Source: an uncultured virus (IMG/VR IMGVR_UViG_3300021959_000024) (lineage: Duplodnaviria > Heunggongvirae > Uroviricota > Caudoviricetes). From it: a stretch of 64,000 nucleotides of DNA. The first letter of the stretch is position 1. Each line of letters starts with the position of its first letter. Under the pieces are notes generated by a model. The model saw only the letters and a program-made list of their open reading frames with translations, had not been told where the DNA came from and made no database searches. The DNA lies in the IMG/VR virus record IMGVR_UViG_3300021959_000024; one strand, written 5' to 3'. Made by a program: the position numbers and the translations under genes. Positions 37,756 to 46,604 of this stretch are shown one piece after another.

Positions 37756-38625
37756 ATGAGATTTTGTCATATTGCACCTAACAAACTGCTAGATAAAGTA
37801 ATCACAACTAATCGTACAGCACACCTTACATTAGCACACATCATCGAAGAGGGCAATCAAGAATACATTGACTTCTATCTCGGTGAACAAAAAGAAGCAG
37901 AAACAATGGGGACACCGTTCCTCAACATTATGGACAATAGTGCATTTGAGTTGTACAAAGCTCAGTTGCCTATGTTTGATCCAGAAAAGCTAGTAGAGCT
38001 TGCAAAAAAAGTTAACGCTACTCATATTGTATTACCAGATCATCCAAGCATGCCTTCTATGGTAGGGATTGATGATGCTAAAAGATACGCGCCAGTGTTT
38101 AAAGAAAATGGCTTTGGTACTTTCTTTGTGCCTCAGAGTGACGTTGGTGACTTAGAAGATTTAATTACTTCATTTGCATGGGCAGCATCAAGTCCTCTTA
38201 TTGATTATATTGGTATTAGTATTCTTGCTGTACCTAATGCATATAGATGTGAAGTAGGAAACAAACTACAAAGATTTAACTCTCGATGGAAATTCATGAA
38301 TGAGCTCTATGATAGAAACCTGTTACAACTTGCTAAAGCAAATGGTAAGAAAATTCACTTCCTTGGAATGGTTGACGGTCCAAATGAAATTTCACTACTT
38401 CGTAATTTTAGTATTGACACTTGGGATTCTAGTGCTGGAGTTTGGGCTGGACTAAACGGAATTGAGTTTGATGGATCCCCAACAGGACTTTTCGAGGGTA
38501 AGTTTGAGAAGCACGTTGACTTTAACTTCGATACAGAAGATGATAACCTCATTGATTGTGCAAGACGTAACGTTGCATATATTGACAATCTAGTTGAAAG
38601 ATTTAATGCAAGTGAAAAATTATGA
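37756..38625 (+). CDS. dpdA: TGT-like DNA guanine transglycosylase (DpdA family)
   Basis: TIM-barrel motifs IMDNSAFE, VLPD, FVPQ, IHFLG, DTWDSS; clustered with folE2/queD/queE. Confidence 0.7.
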   Translation: MRFCHIAPNKLLDKVITTNRTAHLTLAHIIEEGNQEYIDFYLGEQKEAETMGTPFLNIMDNSAFELYKAQLPMFDPEKLVELAKKVNATHIVLPDHPSMPSMVGIDDAKRYAPVFKENGFGTFFVPQSDVGDLEDLITSFAWAASSPLIDYIGISILAVPNAYRCEVGNKLQRFNSRWKFMNELYDRNLLQLAKANGKKIHFLGMVDGPNEISLLRNFSIDTWDSSAGVWAGLNGIEFDGSPTGLFEGKFEKHVDFNFDTEDDNLIDCARRNVAYIDNLVERFNASEKL

Positions 38626-38909
38626 AGTATAGATTTGACGAAGATAAGATACTAGCAGAAGTAGGTAAGTACATTGAATCTACTTATTCTGCTCATTATG
38701 TTAATGAGAAGGCTGGTACTAAGGACGAAGAAATCCAAACGATTGATGTTTGGAAACAGATGGGACAAGAGAAAGAAGCCTGTCATTCAAATATTATTAA
38801 GTACGCTATGAGGTATGGTAAGAAGGATGGTTATAATAAAAAAGACCTAATGAAGATCATTCATTATACTATTCTGTTGTGGCACTTTACACAGGAGAAA
38901 ACAAAATGA
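38622..38909 (+). CDS. DUF3310-like protein
   Basis: HY...IQTID...NIIKYA.RYGKK.G...DL.K..HY. Confidence 0.7.
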   Translation: MKYRFDEDKILAEVGKYIESTYSAHYVNEKAGTKDEEIQTIDVWKQMGQEKEACHSNIIKYAMRYGKKDGYNKKDLMKIIHYTILLWHFTQEKTK

Positions 38910-39409
38910 GTATGAGGCATATACTGTCTAAATGGGTTTCTAGTGAGCCTCTTTTGACTAACGTACAAGAAGGAGACAGCCAACCTAATGCTGTCGACTT
39001 GAGAGTAGATAAGATATTCAGACTAGAAGATAAACAGTTTGAGATATCTGAAAACACAAAGAAGCATAGAGGATCTTGGGAAGTAGAAGCACATGATGGA
39101 TATTTTTACTTAGAGCCAGGAACGTATGAAATCCTAATGGAGAATATTGTAAAGATTCCAGAAGGGTATGCAGGATGGGTGATCACTAGATCGACCCTTA
39201 ACAGAAATGGTCTCTTCATTACTAGTGGTCTATACGATTCAGGCTACCATGGAGTAATGGCTGGTGCACTTCACGTCGAAGGTGGCCCAGCTAAGATTGA
39301 GAAAGGTACGAGAGTAGCACAGTTCTTAATGTTTGAAGCAGAGACACTATCAATGTATGATGGTGATTACGGACTCGGAAAGGAGCACGATAAGAAGTAT
39401 GGAAATTAA
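38906..39409 (+). CDS. dCTP deaminase/dUTPase family protein
   Basis: QPNAVDLR, RSTLNRNG, YDSGYHG, GTRVAQ. Confidence 0.85.
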   Translation: MSMRHILSKWVSSEPLLTNVQEGDSQPNAVDLRVDKIFRLEDKQFEISENTKKHRGSWEVEAHDGYFYLEPGTYEILMENIVKIPEGYAGWVITRSTLNRNGLFITSGLYDSGYHGVMAGALHVEGGPAKIEKGTRVAQFLMFEAETLSMYDGDYGLGKEHDKKYGN

Positions 39410-40379
39410 TATTAAAATAGAAGAGTTGCAAAAACGTTCGTTGTTTATTGCAACACCAATGTATGGTGGACAATGCGCAGGTATGTTCACTAAATCAAGT
39501 AATGACTTATCTGCACTTTGTATGCATTACAAAATTCCTGCTAAGTTTTACTATTTGTTCAATGAGAGTTTGATTACTCGTGCACGTAACTATTGCGTTG
39601 ATGAGTTCTTAAGGTCTGACGCAACACACATGATCTTTATTGATAGTGACATAGCATTCAATCCTAATGATATTATTACTATGTTAGCAATGATGGATCA
39701 TGAAGACCCTGAGTGTCCATATGACATCTTATGTGGTCCGTACCCTAAAAAGTGTATTTCATGGGAAAAGATTACTCATGCAGTTAACCAAGGTGTTGCT
39801 GATGATGATCCAGAGATCCTTTCTAAGTTTGTTGGAGATTATGTATTTAATCCTGCAGAAGGTGGAAATGAGATTAAAATTAGTGAACCTGCTGAAGTGT
39901 TAGAAGGTGGTACTGGTTTCATGATGTTCAAGAAGTCTACATTGCAAAAGTTTGCAGATGCGTATCCTAATATGCTCTACAAGCCTGATCATGTAAGAAC
40001 TCAACACTTTGATGGATCAAGAGAGATTACAGCATTCTTTGATGCAGTAATTGATGATAAGCAACTTAATGTTACTAATGAACTGGAAGCATTTTACAAA
40101 GAGAATGCAGAAGCTACGCCTGAGCAGGTTATAGAGTTTGTTAAAGACAAGACTACATCTGCTATTGAAGGTAAGAGATACTCTAATCGATACTTGTCTG
40201 AAGACTATATGTTCTGTCAGTGGGCAAGAAACATTGGTATTAAAGTATGGTTGTGTCCTTGGATGGAACTTCAACACATGGGTTCTTTTGTATTCGGTGG
40301 ATCGTTGAAAGACTTAGCGTCCATTGGAGCTCCAGCAACTGCTGATCCTGGAAAGGTAGGCAAGAACAAAGCAATGTAG
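39399..40379 (+). CDS. GT-A fold glycosyltransferase-like protein
   Basis: IATPMYGG, ESLITRARN, FIDSDI, GTGFM, LSEDYMFC, L.H.G. Confidence 0.7.
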   Translation: MEINIKIEELQKRSLFIATPMYGGQCAGMFTKSSNDLSALCMHYKIPAKFYYLFNESLITRARNYCVDEFLRSDATHMIFIDSDIAFNPNDIITMLAMMDHEDPECPYDILCGPYPKKCISWEKITHAVNQGVADDDPEILSKFVGDYVFNPAEGGNEIKISEPAEVLEGGTGFMMFKKSTLQKFADAYPNMLYKPDHVRTQHFDGSREITAFFDAVIDDKQLNVTNELEAFYKENAEATPEQVIEFVKDKTTSAIEGKRYSNRYLSEDYMFCQWARNIGIKVWLCPWMELQHMGSFVFGGSLKDLASIGAPATADPGKVGKNKAM

Positions 40380-40387
40380 GACAATTT

Positions 40388-40840
40388 ATGTTTGAATCTT
40401 TAATTTTAACAACAATGCTAACATGGGGTACAGAAACATTAGATACTCCTATTGGCGAGATTGATGCTCACGTCAACCAACAAATGGTAAGTGTACAGAA
40501 CTTACAAGGTTGGACTGTCGAAGGGTATGAAATGTCTATTAATCCTGACATCGGTAACAAGATGTCAATGACTGACTTTGCAATTGGCAAATCATGGAAA
40601 TATGGTACTGTCACTGTAGGGGAAGACATCATTAATGTACGAGGTGTATATCCAGTATACGGTGAAAGAGTGTACGGGATTGCAGGGGTTACGTTTAGGG
40701 ACAGTGTAGATAGAGCAGCTGTAGGTATTGGGTACAAGTTTACTGACAATATCTTCATGCATGCTAGTTATGGACAAGCCGATTATAAAGATGGGTTTGA
40801 CAGTGATTTTACAGCACTAAGTTTAGTGTTTGTATATTAA
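40388..40840 (+). CDS. Putative outer-membrane beta-barrel protein
   Basis: Alternating amphipathic strands, VGIGYKFTDNI..HASY, C-terminal LSLVFVY beta-signal-like end. Confidence 0.5.
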   Translation: MFESLILTTMLTWGTETLDTPIGEIDAHVNQQMVSVQNLQGWTVEGYEMSINPDIGNKMSMTDFAIGKSWKYGTVTVGEDIINVRGVYPVYGERVYGIAGVTFRDSVDRAAVGIGYKFTDNIFMHASYGQADYKDGFDSDFTALSLVFVY

Positions 40841-40854
40841 ATGGAAATTATATT

Positions 40855-41568
40855 ATGAAATTGAGTGAAAGTACTATTAACGTCTTAAAATCATTCTCTG
40901 TTATTAACACAGGGATTGAATTGCAACCAGGGAATGTGTTGAAGACAATCTCGCCTCAGAAGTCTATTATGGCTAGAGCTGAGTTGCCTGATACCATTCC
41001 AGCAGCTGGTTGTTTCTATGAGCTGCCTAGATTCCTAGGTGCACTAACTCTCTTTGACCAACCTCAGTTGGACTTCAATGAGAAATATGTTACTATCAGA
41101 GATGCCAAAAGAACTCTGAACTATACGTTTGCGGATCCGCAAATGATTGTTACCCCTCCAGCTAAGGAAGTAGAACTACCTTCTGTAGATGTTGAAGTCA
41201 ATCTTACTTGGAATGACATTAACAATACTATGAGAGCAGCTAGTGTTATGTCCTTACCAGAGATTGCAATCACAAGTGATGGATCCACAATCAACATTGA
41301 AGCAATCAGTAGCAAGAATCCAACAGCTGACAAGTATGCGACTGTTGTAGATAACAATGCTAGTGGCAAGGTATTCAAGGCTGTGTTCAAATTGGAGAAC
41401 CTTAAGCTAATGAATATGGACTACACAGTCCAGTTGTCCAGCAAAGGTATCGCTAAGTTTACTTCCATGAACAATAAAACATGGAAGGATGAGAAAGTTG
41501 AGATTCAATCTATTCCTCAACTGACTTATTGGATTGCAACAGAACAACATAGTTCATCGTTCGAGTAG
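40855..41568 (+). CDS. gp45: Sliding clamp gp45
   Basis: MKLS..T..VLK.F..IN, YEL..FL, FK.ENLK, YWIA.E. Confidence 0.92.
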   Translation: MKLSESTINVLKSFSVINTGIELQPGNVLKTISPQKSIMARAELPDTIPAAGCFYELPRFLGALTLFDQPQLDFNEKYVTIRDAKRTLNYTFADPQMIVTPPAKEVELPSVDVEVNLTWNDINNTMRAASVMSLPEIAITSDGSTINIEAISSKNPTADKYATVVDNNASGKVFKAVFKLENLKLMNMDYTVQLSSKGIAKFTSMNNKTWKDEKVEIQSIPQLTYWIATEQHSSSFE

Positions 41569-41572
41569 GCCT

Positions 41573-42511
41573 ATGCTAGAAAATTATCTTTGGGTGGAGA
41601 AATATCGCCCCGGTGTACTAGCAGATTGTATTTTACCAGACGAATTAAAGAATACATTCCAAAAGTTCATCGATAATAAAAACATTCCTAACTTATTGTT
41701 ATCAGGATCTGCTGGTGTTGGTAAAACGACAGTGGCAAAAGCTATGTTAGATGAACTTGATGCTGACTACATTGTAGTTAATGGTTCATTGCATGGTAAC
41801 ATTGATACGCTAAGAACAGAGATAATGAACTTTGCTACAACAGTATCGTTTAGTGAGGGACGTAAGTACGTAATATTGGATGAGGCTGATTACCTTAATC
41901 CACAATCCACACAACCCGCTCTTAGAAACTTTATGGAAGAATATTCTAAAAACTGTGGATTCATACTAACATGCAATTTCAAGAACAGAATCATTGATCC
42001 ACTACATTCGCGTTGTAGTGTTATTGACTTTACATTTCCAAGAAAACTAGCACCTAAACTTGCTGGTGACTTCTTTGTTAGAGTGAAATCAATACTCGAC
42101 CAAGAACAAGTTAAGTATGATGAGAAAGTGTTAGCTGAGATTATTCAGAGACATTTTCCTGATTGGAGACGTGTTTTAAACGAGTTACAGCGCTATTCCG
42201 TGAATGGGATCATTGATACAGGATTACTAGCTAACTCCTCTCAGAACGCATTTAATTCGCTTCTAGCCCTGCTAAAAGAGAAGAAGTTCAGCGACATGCG
42301 AAAGTGGGTTGCACAGAACTTAGATAGTGATCCAACAAGTATTATGAGACAACTGTATGACCATGCCAGTGAGAAAATAGATCCAAAGTCTATACCTCAA
42401 TTGGTCTTACTTATTGGTGAGTATCAATACAAGTCTGCCTTTGTAGCTGACCAAGAAATTAACTTAGTTGCGTTCTTAACGCAAGTGATGGCAGAAATCG
42501 AATTTAAATAG
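41573..42511 (+). CDS. gp44: Clamp loader large subunit gp44
   Basis: LWVEKYRP, GSAGVGKTT, DEAD, LHSRC, FPDWRR. Confidence 0.95.
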   Translation: MLENYLWVEKYRPGVLADCILPDELKNTFQKFIDNKNIPNLLLSGSAGVGKTTVAKAMLDELDADYIVVNGSLHGNIDTLRTEIMNFATTVSFSEGRKYVILDEADYLNPQSTQPALRNFMEEYSKNCGFILTCNFKNRIIDPLHSRCSVIDFTFPRKLAPKLAGDFFVRVKSILDQEQVKYDEKVLAEIIQRHFPDWRRVLNELQRYSVNGIIDTGLLANSSQNAFNSLLALLKEKKFSDMRKWVAQNLDSDPTSIMRQLYDHASEKIDPKSIPQLVLLIGEYQYKSAFVADQEINLVAFLTQVMAEIEFK

Positions 42512-42519
42512 GAGACAAT

Positions 42520-42702
42520 ATGCCTTACGTAGAGAAGGTTGGTGTCGAGGGGGTCAAGGATCAGATTGATCAATGGTATCATGTGATGCATGATCAAAAC
42601 CTCGATGGGTATACTTGTAGAGCTTGTAAGAGAAAAATTACTCAAGTACTGGAAAAAGCCAAGCAAGCATTAGTAGATGCACCGGAGTATGTAGAGGAAT
42701 AA
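42520..42702 (+). CDS. Hypothetical protein
   Basis: AGGAG RBS; 60 aa with CxxC. Confidence 0.55.
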   Translation: MPYVEKVGVEGVKDQIDQWYHVMHDQNLDGYTCRACKRKITQVLEKAKQALVDAPEYVEE

Positions 42703-42705
42703 GAT

Positions 42706-43437
42706 ATGCAAATCAAAGTAGCAATTATGGGATATGGGTTTGTTGGTAAAGCAACAGAATATTTCTTAAAAACTTATTGTTCTAATGTTACAGATATTCA
42801 AATTCAAGATCCAGCAATGGACTTATGGGTTGAAGATTGGGATAGAGTAGACTATACATTTATATGCGTTCCTACTCCTCAACAAGATCGTAAACTTGAT
42901 ATCTCATATGTGATAGATGCATTGAATAGTTGTTCTGGTAAGCCTATTGTAAGAAGTACAGTAGGACCTGAACAAGTTAATCATTTAAATAGTATTAAAC
43001 GTATTATTTTATGGCCTGAGTTTCTAAGAGAAAAGACTTGGAAAGAGGATACTGATAACAGTACGCAAATAATTCTTGGGGTTGGATTTCACATCCCTAA
43101 TGATCTATTTGCTCTTTGTGGTAGAAAAATAAAAACTACTACATTGGGTGAAGCATCGTTATTTAAAATGTCACGTAATGCTATGTTGGCAGCTAAAGTA
43201 GCACAAGCTAATATGTTATATGATTTGTGTCAGAAGTTTGGAGGCGTTGAATATAACAATATCAAAGAACTTTTAATTTCTGATGGCACATTAGGTACAA
43301 CGCACTTTGATGTTCCTGGACATCATGGTAGAGGATTTAGCGGTAAGTGTTTACCAAAAGATACGACGCACTATGAAAGCCTATTTAAAGAATTAAACTT
43401 ATACACAGAAGTACTGGATTACAATGAAACCTTTTGA
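42706..43437 (+). CDS. UDP-glucose/GDP-mannose dehydrogenase-like protein (short)
   Basis: GYGFVG, ICVPTP, RSTV, PEFLRE, GFSGKCLPKD. Confidence 0.8.
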   Translation: MQIKVAIMGYGFVGKATEYFLKTYCSNVTDIQIQDPAMDLWVEDWDRVDYTFICVPTPQQDRKLDISYVIDALNSCSGKPIVRSTVGPEQVNHLNSIKRIILWPEFLREKTWKEDTDNSTQIILGVGFHIPNDLFALCGRKIKTTTLGEASLFKMSRNAMLAAKVAQANMLYDLCQKFGGVEYNNIKELLISDGTLGTTHFDVPGHHGRGFSGKCLPKDTTHYESLFKELNLYTEVLDYNETF

Positions 43438-43825
43438 TTTTGTTAACAGCATAAACTTTACAAAGAAAAATATGATGCGAGGTACAGAGAATGATGACCT
43501 TGCAGAGAAAAGTTATGTCCCATATTTAACAAATAAAGCGTTATCATATCACACAGACACATTATTATATGCAAATGAGATTAACCGTCTTCACTTTTTA
43601 GACAATAAACTTCAATATGAGTTTTACCTAAATACTCTTAGAAAAAAGAAAAGGTTTGCGAAGTGGGCGAAAGCAGATAGTAATGATGATATAGAAATGA
43701 TTTCACAATATTTCAACTATTCACCATCTAAAGCTAAAATTGCTCTCACCGTACTTTCGAAAGAGAATCTTCAAGAAATAAGAGAAAAGGTTACTCGCGG
43801 TATTGAAAATGATAGACATAACTAG
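43424..43825 (+). CDS. gp62: Clamp loader small subunit gp62
   Basis: PFDFVNSIN..K, NKALS...DT...ANE.N, LQYEF..N..RK.KRF.KW. Confidence 0.92.
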   Translation: MKPFDFVNSINFTKKNMMRGTENDDLAEKSYVPYLTNKALSYHTDTLLYANEINRLHFLDNKLQYEFYLNTLRKKKRFAKWAKADSNDDIEMISQYFNYSPSKAKIALTVLSKENLQEIREKVTRGIENDRHN

Positions 43826-44201
43826 CTTAATTGAAATTAAACTTAAGGACCCAGAAGACTTCCTTAAAGTCAAAGAAACTTTGACACGTATAGGTGTGGC
43901 ATCTAAAAAGACAAACACCTTATATCAATCATGCCATATTTTACATAAGCAGGGACAATATTATATCGTTCACTTTAAAGAATTATTTTCGTTAGATGGT
44001 AAAGCATCTGATTTTAATTTTGATGATATATCAAGACGAAATACGATAGCGCTTTTACTAGAAGAATGGAACCTTGTAGAAATTGTTAATAAACAAATGA
44101 CACAGCCAGCTGACAGTATAAGTTCTATCAAAATTATTCCTCACTCTCAAAAGGGTGATTGGAATTTGGTTGCCAAATATAATATTGGCAAACGAAAATA
44201 G
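43809..44201 (+). CDS. regA: Translational repressor RegA
   Basis: DFLKVKETLTRIGVAS, LYQSCHILHKQG.YYIVHFKELF.LDG, KYNIG. Confidence 0.95.
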   Translation: MIDITSLIEIKLKDPEDFLKVKETLTRIGVASKKTNTLYQSCHILHKQGQYYIVHFKELFSLDGKASDFNFDDISRRNTIALLLEEWNLVEIVNKQMTQPADSISSIKIIPHSQKGDWNLVAKYNIGKRK

Positions 44202-44288
44202 GGTCAGGTCCATCCACTTGGCCGGCCTGCGAGCGATGTTCCTGGCCCGACCTATTGACATTAACACACATACACACAGGAGGAAATT

Positions 44289-44525
44289 ATGTCGACACCA
44301 AAATCTGGATTTGAAATCCGAGCAGACTTGTTAAAGCAAGCACAAGAACTTCTTCAAGATAATAACTATAGGAAGATCGATTACTATCACGCACAAGTAT
44401 CAAGAGCACTGGATGAAAAGGATGTGAACTATCCTGACTATCCTATGGATTGCTTAAGTGGTATTAACTCTGCTGATATAATCACAGTTGCAAAACAATT
44501 TAACGAGTTTGTTAACGAAAAGTAG
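44289..44525 (+). CDS. Hypothetical protein
   Basis: AGGAGG RBS; KSGFEIRADLLKQA...II..AK.F..FV. Confidence 0.7.
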   Translation: MSTPKSGFEIRADLLKQAQELLQDNNYRKIDYYHAQVSRALDEKDVNYPDYPMDCLSGINSADIITVAKQFNEFVNEK

Positions 44526-44618
44526 TTGATTTTAAATCTTATTGGGAGAGATAATATAAATAATAACGAGTGCTCATAAGAGGCTCGAAATTAAACTTCG
44601 CTTAGAAAAGGAGGAAAC

Positions 44619-45035
44619 ATGACAATCTACGAAGAACCCTTTGGTCGTTTCAGACCGTTTGGTATTGGCTTTGATGAAGCCTTTCGCCAATTAGATAAAC
44701 TGCACGCAACTACAACAGGTAACTACCCGCCCTACAATATTGTAAAGGTGGATGAGGAAAACTTCCTTGTTGAAATTGCAGCTGCCGGATTCGCTAAAAG
44801 CGACTTTGATATCACTCTTAAAGATGGATCATTAACCATCACAGCAAAATCTGAAAAAGAGGATGCTAAAGAGTATGTGCATAAAGGTATTGCAGCTCGT
44901 TCTTTTGAAAGAACATTTGCATTAGCTGAGCATGTTGATGTTAAAGGAGTATCTTATAAAGACGGTATTCTGTTGGTTGAATTATCTAAAGTAATTCCTG
45001 AAGAGGAAAAACCCAAGAAGTTCACTATCAAGTAA
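44619..45035 (+). CDS. hsp20: Small heat-shock protein Hsp20 (IbpA-like)
   Basis: GFD, NYPPYNI, EIAAAGF, YVHKGIAARSF.RTF.LAE, DGIL, PEE.KP. Confidence 0.95.
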   Translation: MTIYEEPFGRFRPFGIGFDEAFRQLDKLHATTTGNYPPYNIVKVDEENFLVEIAAAGFAKSDFDITLKDGSLTITAKSEKEDAKEYVHKGIAARSFERTFALAEHVDVKGVSYKDGILLVELSKVIPEEEKPKKFTIK

Positions 45036-45066
45036 CGTTGACCTTAAATAGGAAATAACTTAAACT

Positions 45067-45092
45067 GGGGGCTATTAGTAGCCCCCTTCTTT
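45067..45092 (+). terminator. Rho-independent terminator
   Basis: GGGGGCTA-ttag-TAGCCCCC followed by TTCTTT. Confidence 0.8.
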
Positions 45093-45148
45093 GTGTGGGC
45101 ATATATACTTTTATATACCGTAATATTTCGCATACAAGGAGGACAAAT

Positions 45149-45268
45149 ATGTTAGAGAGAATTCATAAATTTATGAAGTCAGGAAGACTGAATAAAGTGA
45201 TTAAACTTGCGATCGATCGCAAGAAAGTAAGAAAAGGAAAAAGAAAACATGGACATGCAAAAACTTAG
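45149..45268 (+). CDS. 39-aa highly basic peptide (not in ORF track)
   Basis: AAGGAGG RBS; MLERIHKFMKSGRLNKVIKLAIDRKKVRKGKRKHGHAKT; overlaps the lysozyme start. Confidence 0.55.
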   Translation: MLERIHKFMKSGRLNKVIKLAIDRKKVRKGKRKHGHAKT

Positions 45269-45689
45269 AGAAGAAATTGAACTTGATGAAGGGGTAGTCA
45301 ATAAGATATACCTTGACCATCTTGGTTATCCAACGTTTGGAATTGGTCATCTCGTAAAGGATACGGATCCAGAAAAAGGACTACCCGTAGACGCACCAGT
45401 CTCTGAAAAGAGAATCGAAGAGGCTTTCCAACAGGACATGAACTGGGTTGAATCAGACTGTGTAAAAATGTTTGCAGAGTTTAGAGAGATGCCAGAAGAA
45501 GTCCAAAGAGTAGTAGCAAACATGATGTTCAATCTTGGGTACACGAGACTGAACCAATTTAATAACTTCAAAGCAGCAATTCGTGAAGGTGACTGGAACG
45601 AAGCAGCTAAAGAAGGACGCGACAGTAGATGGCACAAGCAAGTGACCAATAGAGCTGAGCGTTTAATGGTAAGGTTGGAAAATGTCTAA
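45249..45689 (+). CDS. Phage lysozyme (GH24, T4-type)
   Basis: DEG....IYLD.LGYPT.GIGHL catalytic E/D/T; NMMFNLG; DSRW..Q..NRA.RL. Confidence 0.9.
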   Translation: MDMQKLREEIELDEGVVNKIYLDHLGYPTFGIGHLVKDTDPEKGLPVDAPVSEKRIEEAFQQDMNWVESDCVKMFAEFREMPEEVQRVVANMMFNLGYTRLNQFNNFKAAIREGDWNEAAKEGRDSRWHKQVTNRAERLMVRLENV

Positions 45690-45909
45690 AATGTTATTAC
45701 AAGCACTTAAGAAAAAATTAGAAGGTGATATGGCTGTAGCTAGAGCCAATATAGAAGTCTACAAAAAAGATTCTGTTGGTATCGGTGAACACCCAGAAAT
45801 TGTACAAGCTATTGAAATTGAACTTAGCAAGTATAGTGAAGCAGTAGATAAGTTAGGAAACCTAAATCAGATTCTACAAGAAACTGATCCAACATTTATT
45901 CAAGAATGA
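45682..45909 (+). CDS. Hypothetical protein
   Basis: ANIEVY...VGIGEHP.I..AIE conserved phage pattern. Confidence 0.65.
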   Translation: MSKMLLQALKKKLEGDMAVARANIEVYKKDSVGIGEHPEIVQAIEIELSKYSEAVDKLGNLNQILQETDPTFIQE

Positions 45910-46160
45910 AAATTAAAAAAATTGAACACCATCAAATGGATATCATCCGTGAGTATGATTTAGATGAAGAATTACTAAGTGAATGTAATCTTACAGAAGA
46001 TGACGTTTATGACATAATTGCTGAAAGTGATGATGTTCCACCTGAAAAGTATGATGACTTTTATAATCTAATGTCTGAAGCAGAACCAATAGATATTCAA
46101 GAGGATCTGTGGACAGATAGAAAAGGTGGTTATGACATCAGTTATATTATAGAGGACTAA
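45906..46160 (+). CDS. Acidic hypothetical protein
   Basis: ATGA-coupled; 84 aa. Confidence 0.55.
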   Translation: MKIKKIEHHQMDIIREYDLDEELLSECNLTEDDVYDIIAESDDVPPEKYDDFYNLMSEAEPIDIQEDLWTDRKGGYDISYIIED

Positions 46161-46604
46161 ATGCTAAAATGGCTTAACGGTGACGTTAGCGATAAAGGTA
46201 AAATAGGCATTACGTTTGGCTGTATGGATCTGCTACATGCTGGTCATGTAGCAATGTTAGCTGAAGCAAAACAAGTATGCGATTATCTTATCGTCGGATT
46301 ACAGAATGATCCCTCAGTCGATAGACCTGAGAAAAATAAACCTATACAATCTATCTTTGAACGGCAGTTACAAATTACAGCATGTAGATTTGTTGACGAA
46401 GTCGTTGTTTATAATACAGAAGCTGATGTTCTTGACATACTAAAAACGTTACCTATTGATGTTAGAATCATAGGCAGCGATTATGTCGATAAAGATTTTA
46501 CTGGAAAGGACTACTGCGTTGACAACAATGTTGATATTGTGTATAATAGCAGAGATCATTCATTCAGTACAAGCAGCTTAAGGGATAGAGTTAAAAATTC
46601 ATGA
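46161..46604 (+). CDS. Cytidylyltransferase (TagD/glycerol-3-phosphate CT-like)
   Basis: TFG..DLLHAGH, LIVGL, VDEV, GSDY, R.H.FSTS.LR. Confidence 0.88.
   Translation: MLKWLNGDVSDKGKIGITFGCMDLLHAGHVAMLAEAKQVCDYLIVGLQNDPSVDRPEKNKPIQSIFERQLQITACRFVDEVVVYNTEADVLDILKTLPIDVRIIGSDYVDKDFTGKDYCVDNNVDIVYNSRDHSFSTSSLRDRVKNS

Noticed and set aside
44202..44256. SRP RNA (GGTCAGGTCC) or HDV-like ribozyme
   Set aside because: The SRP GGAAGGAAGCAG half is missing; an HDV-like fold leaves only about 2 bp for P2
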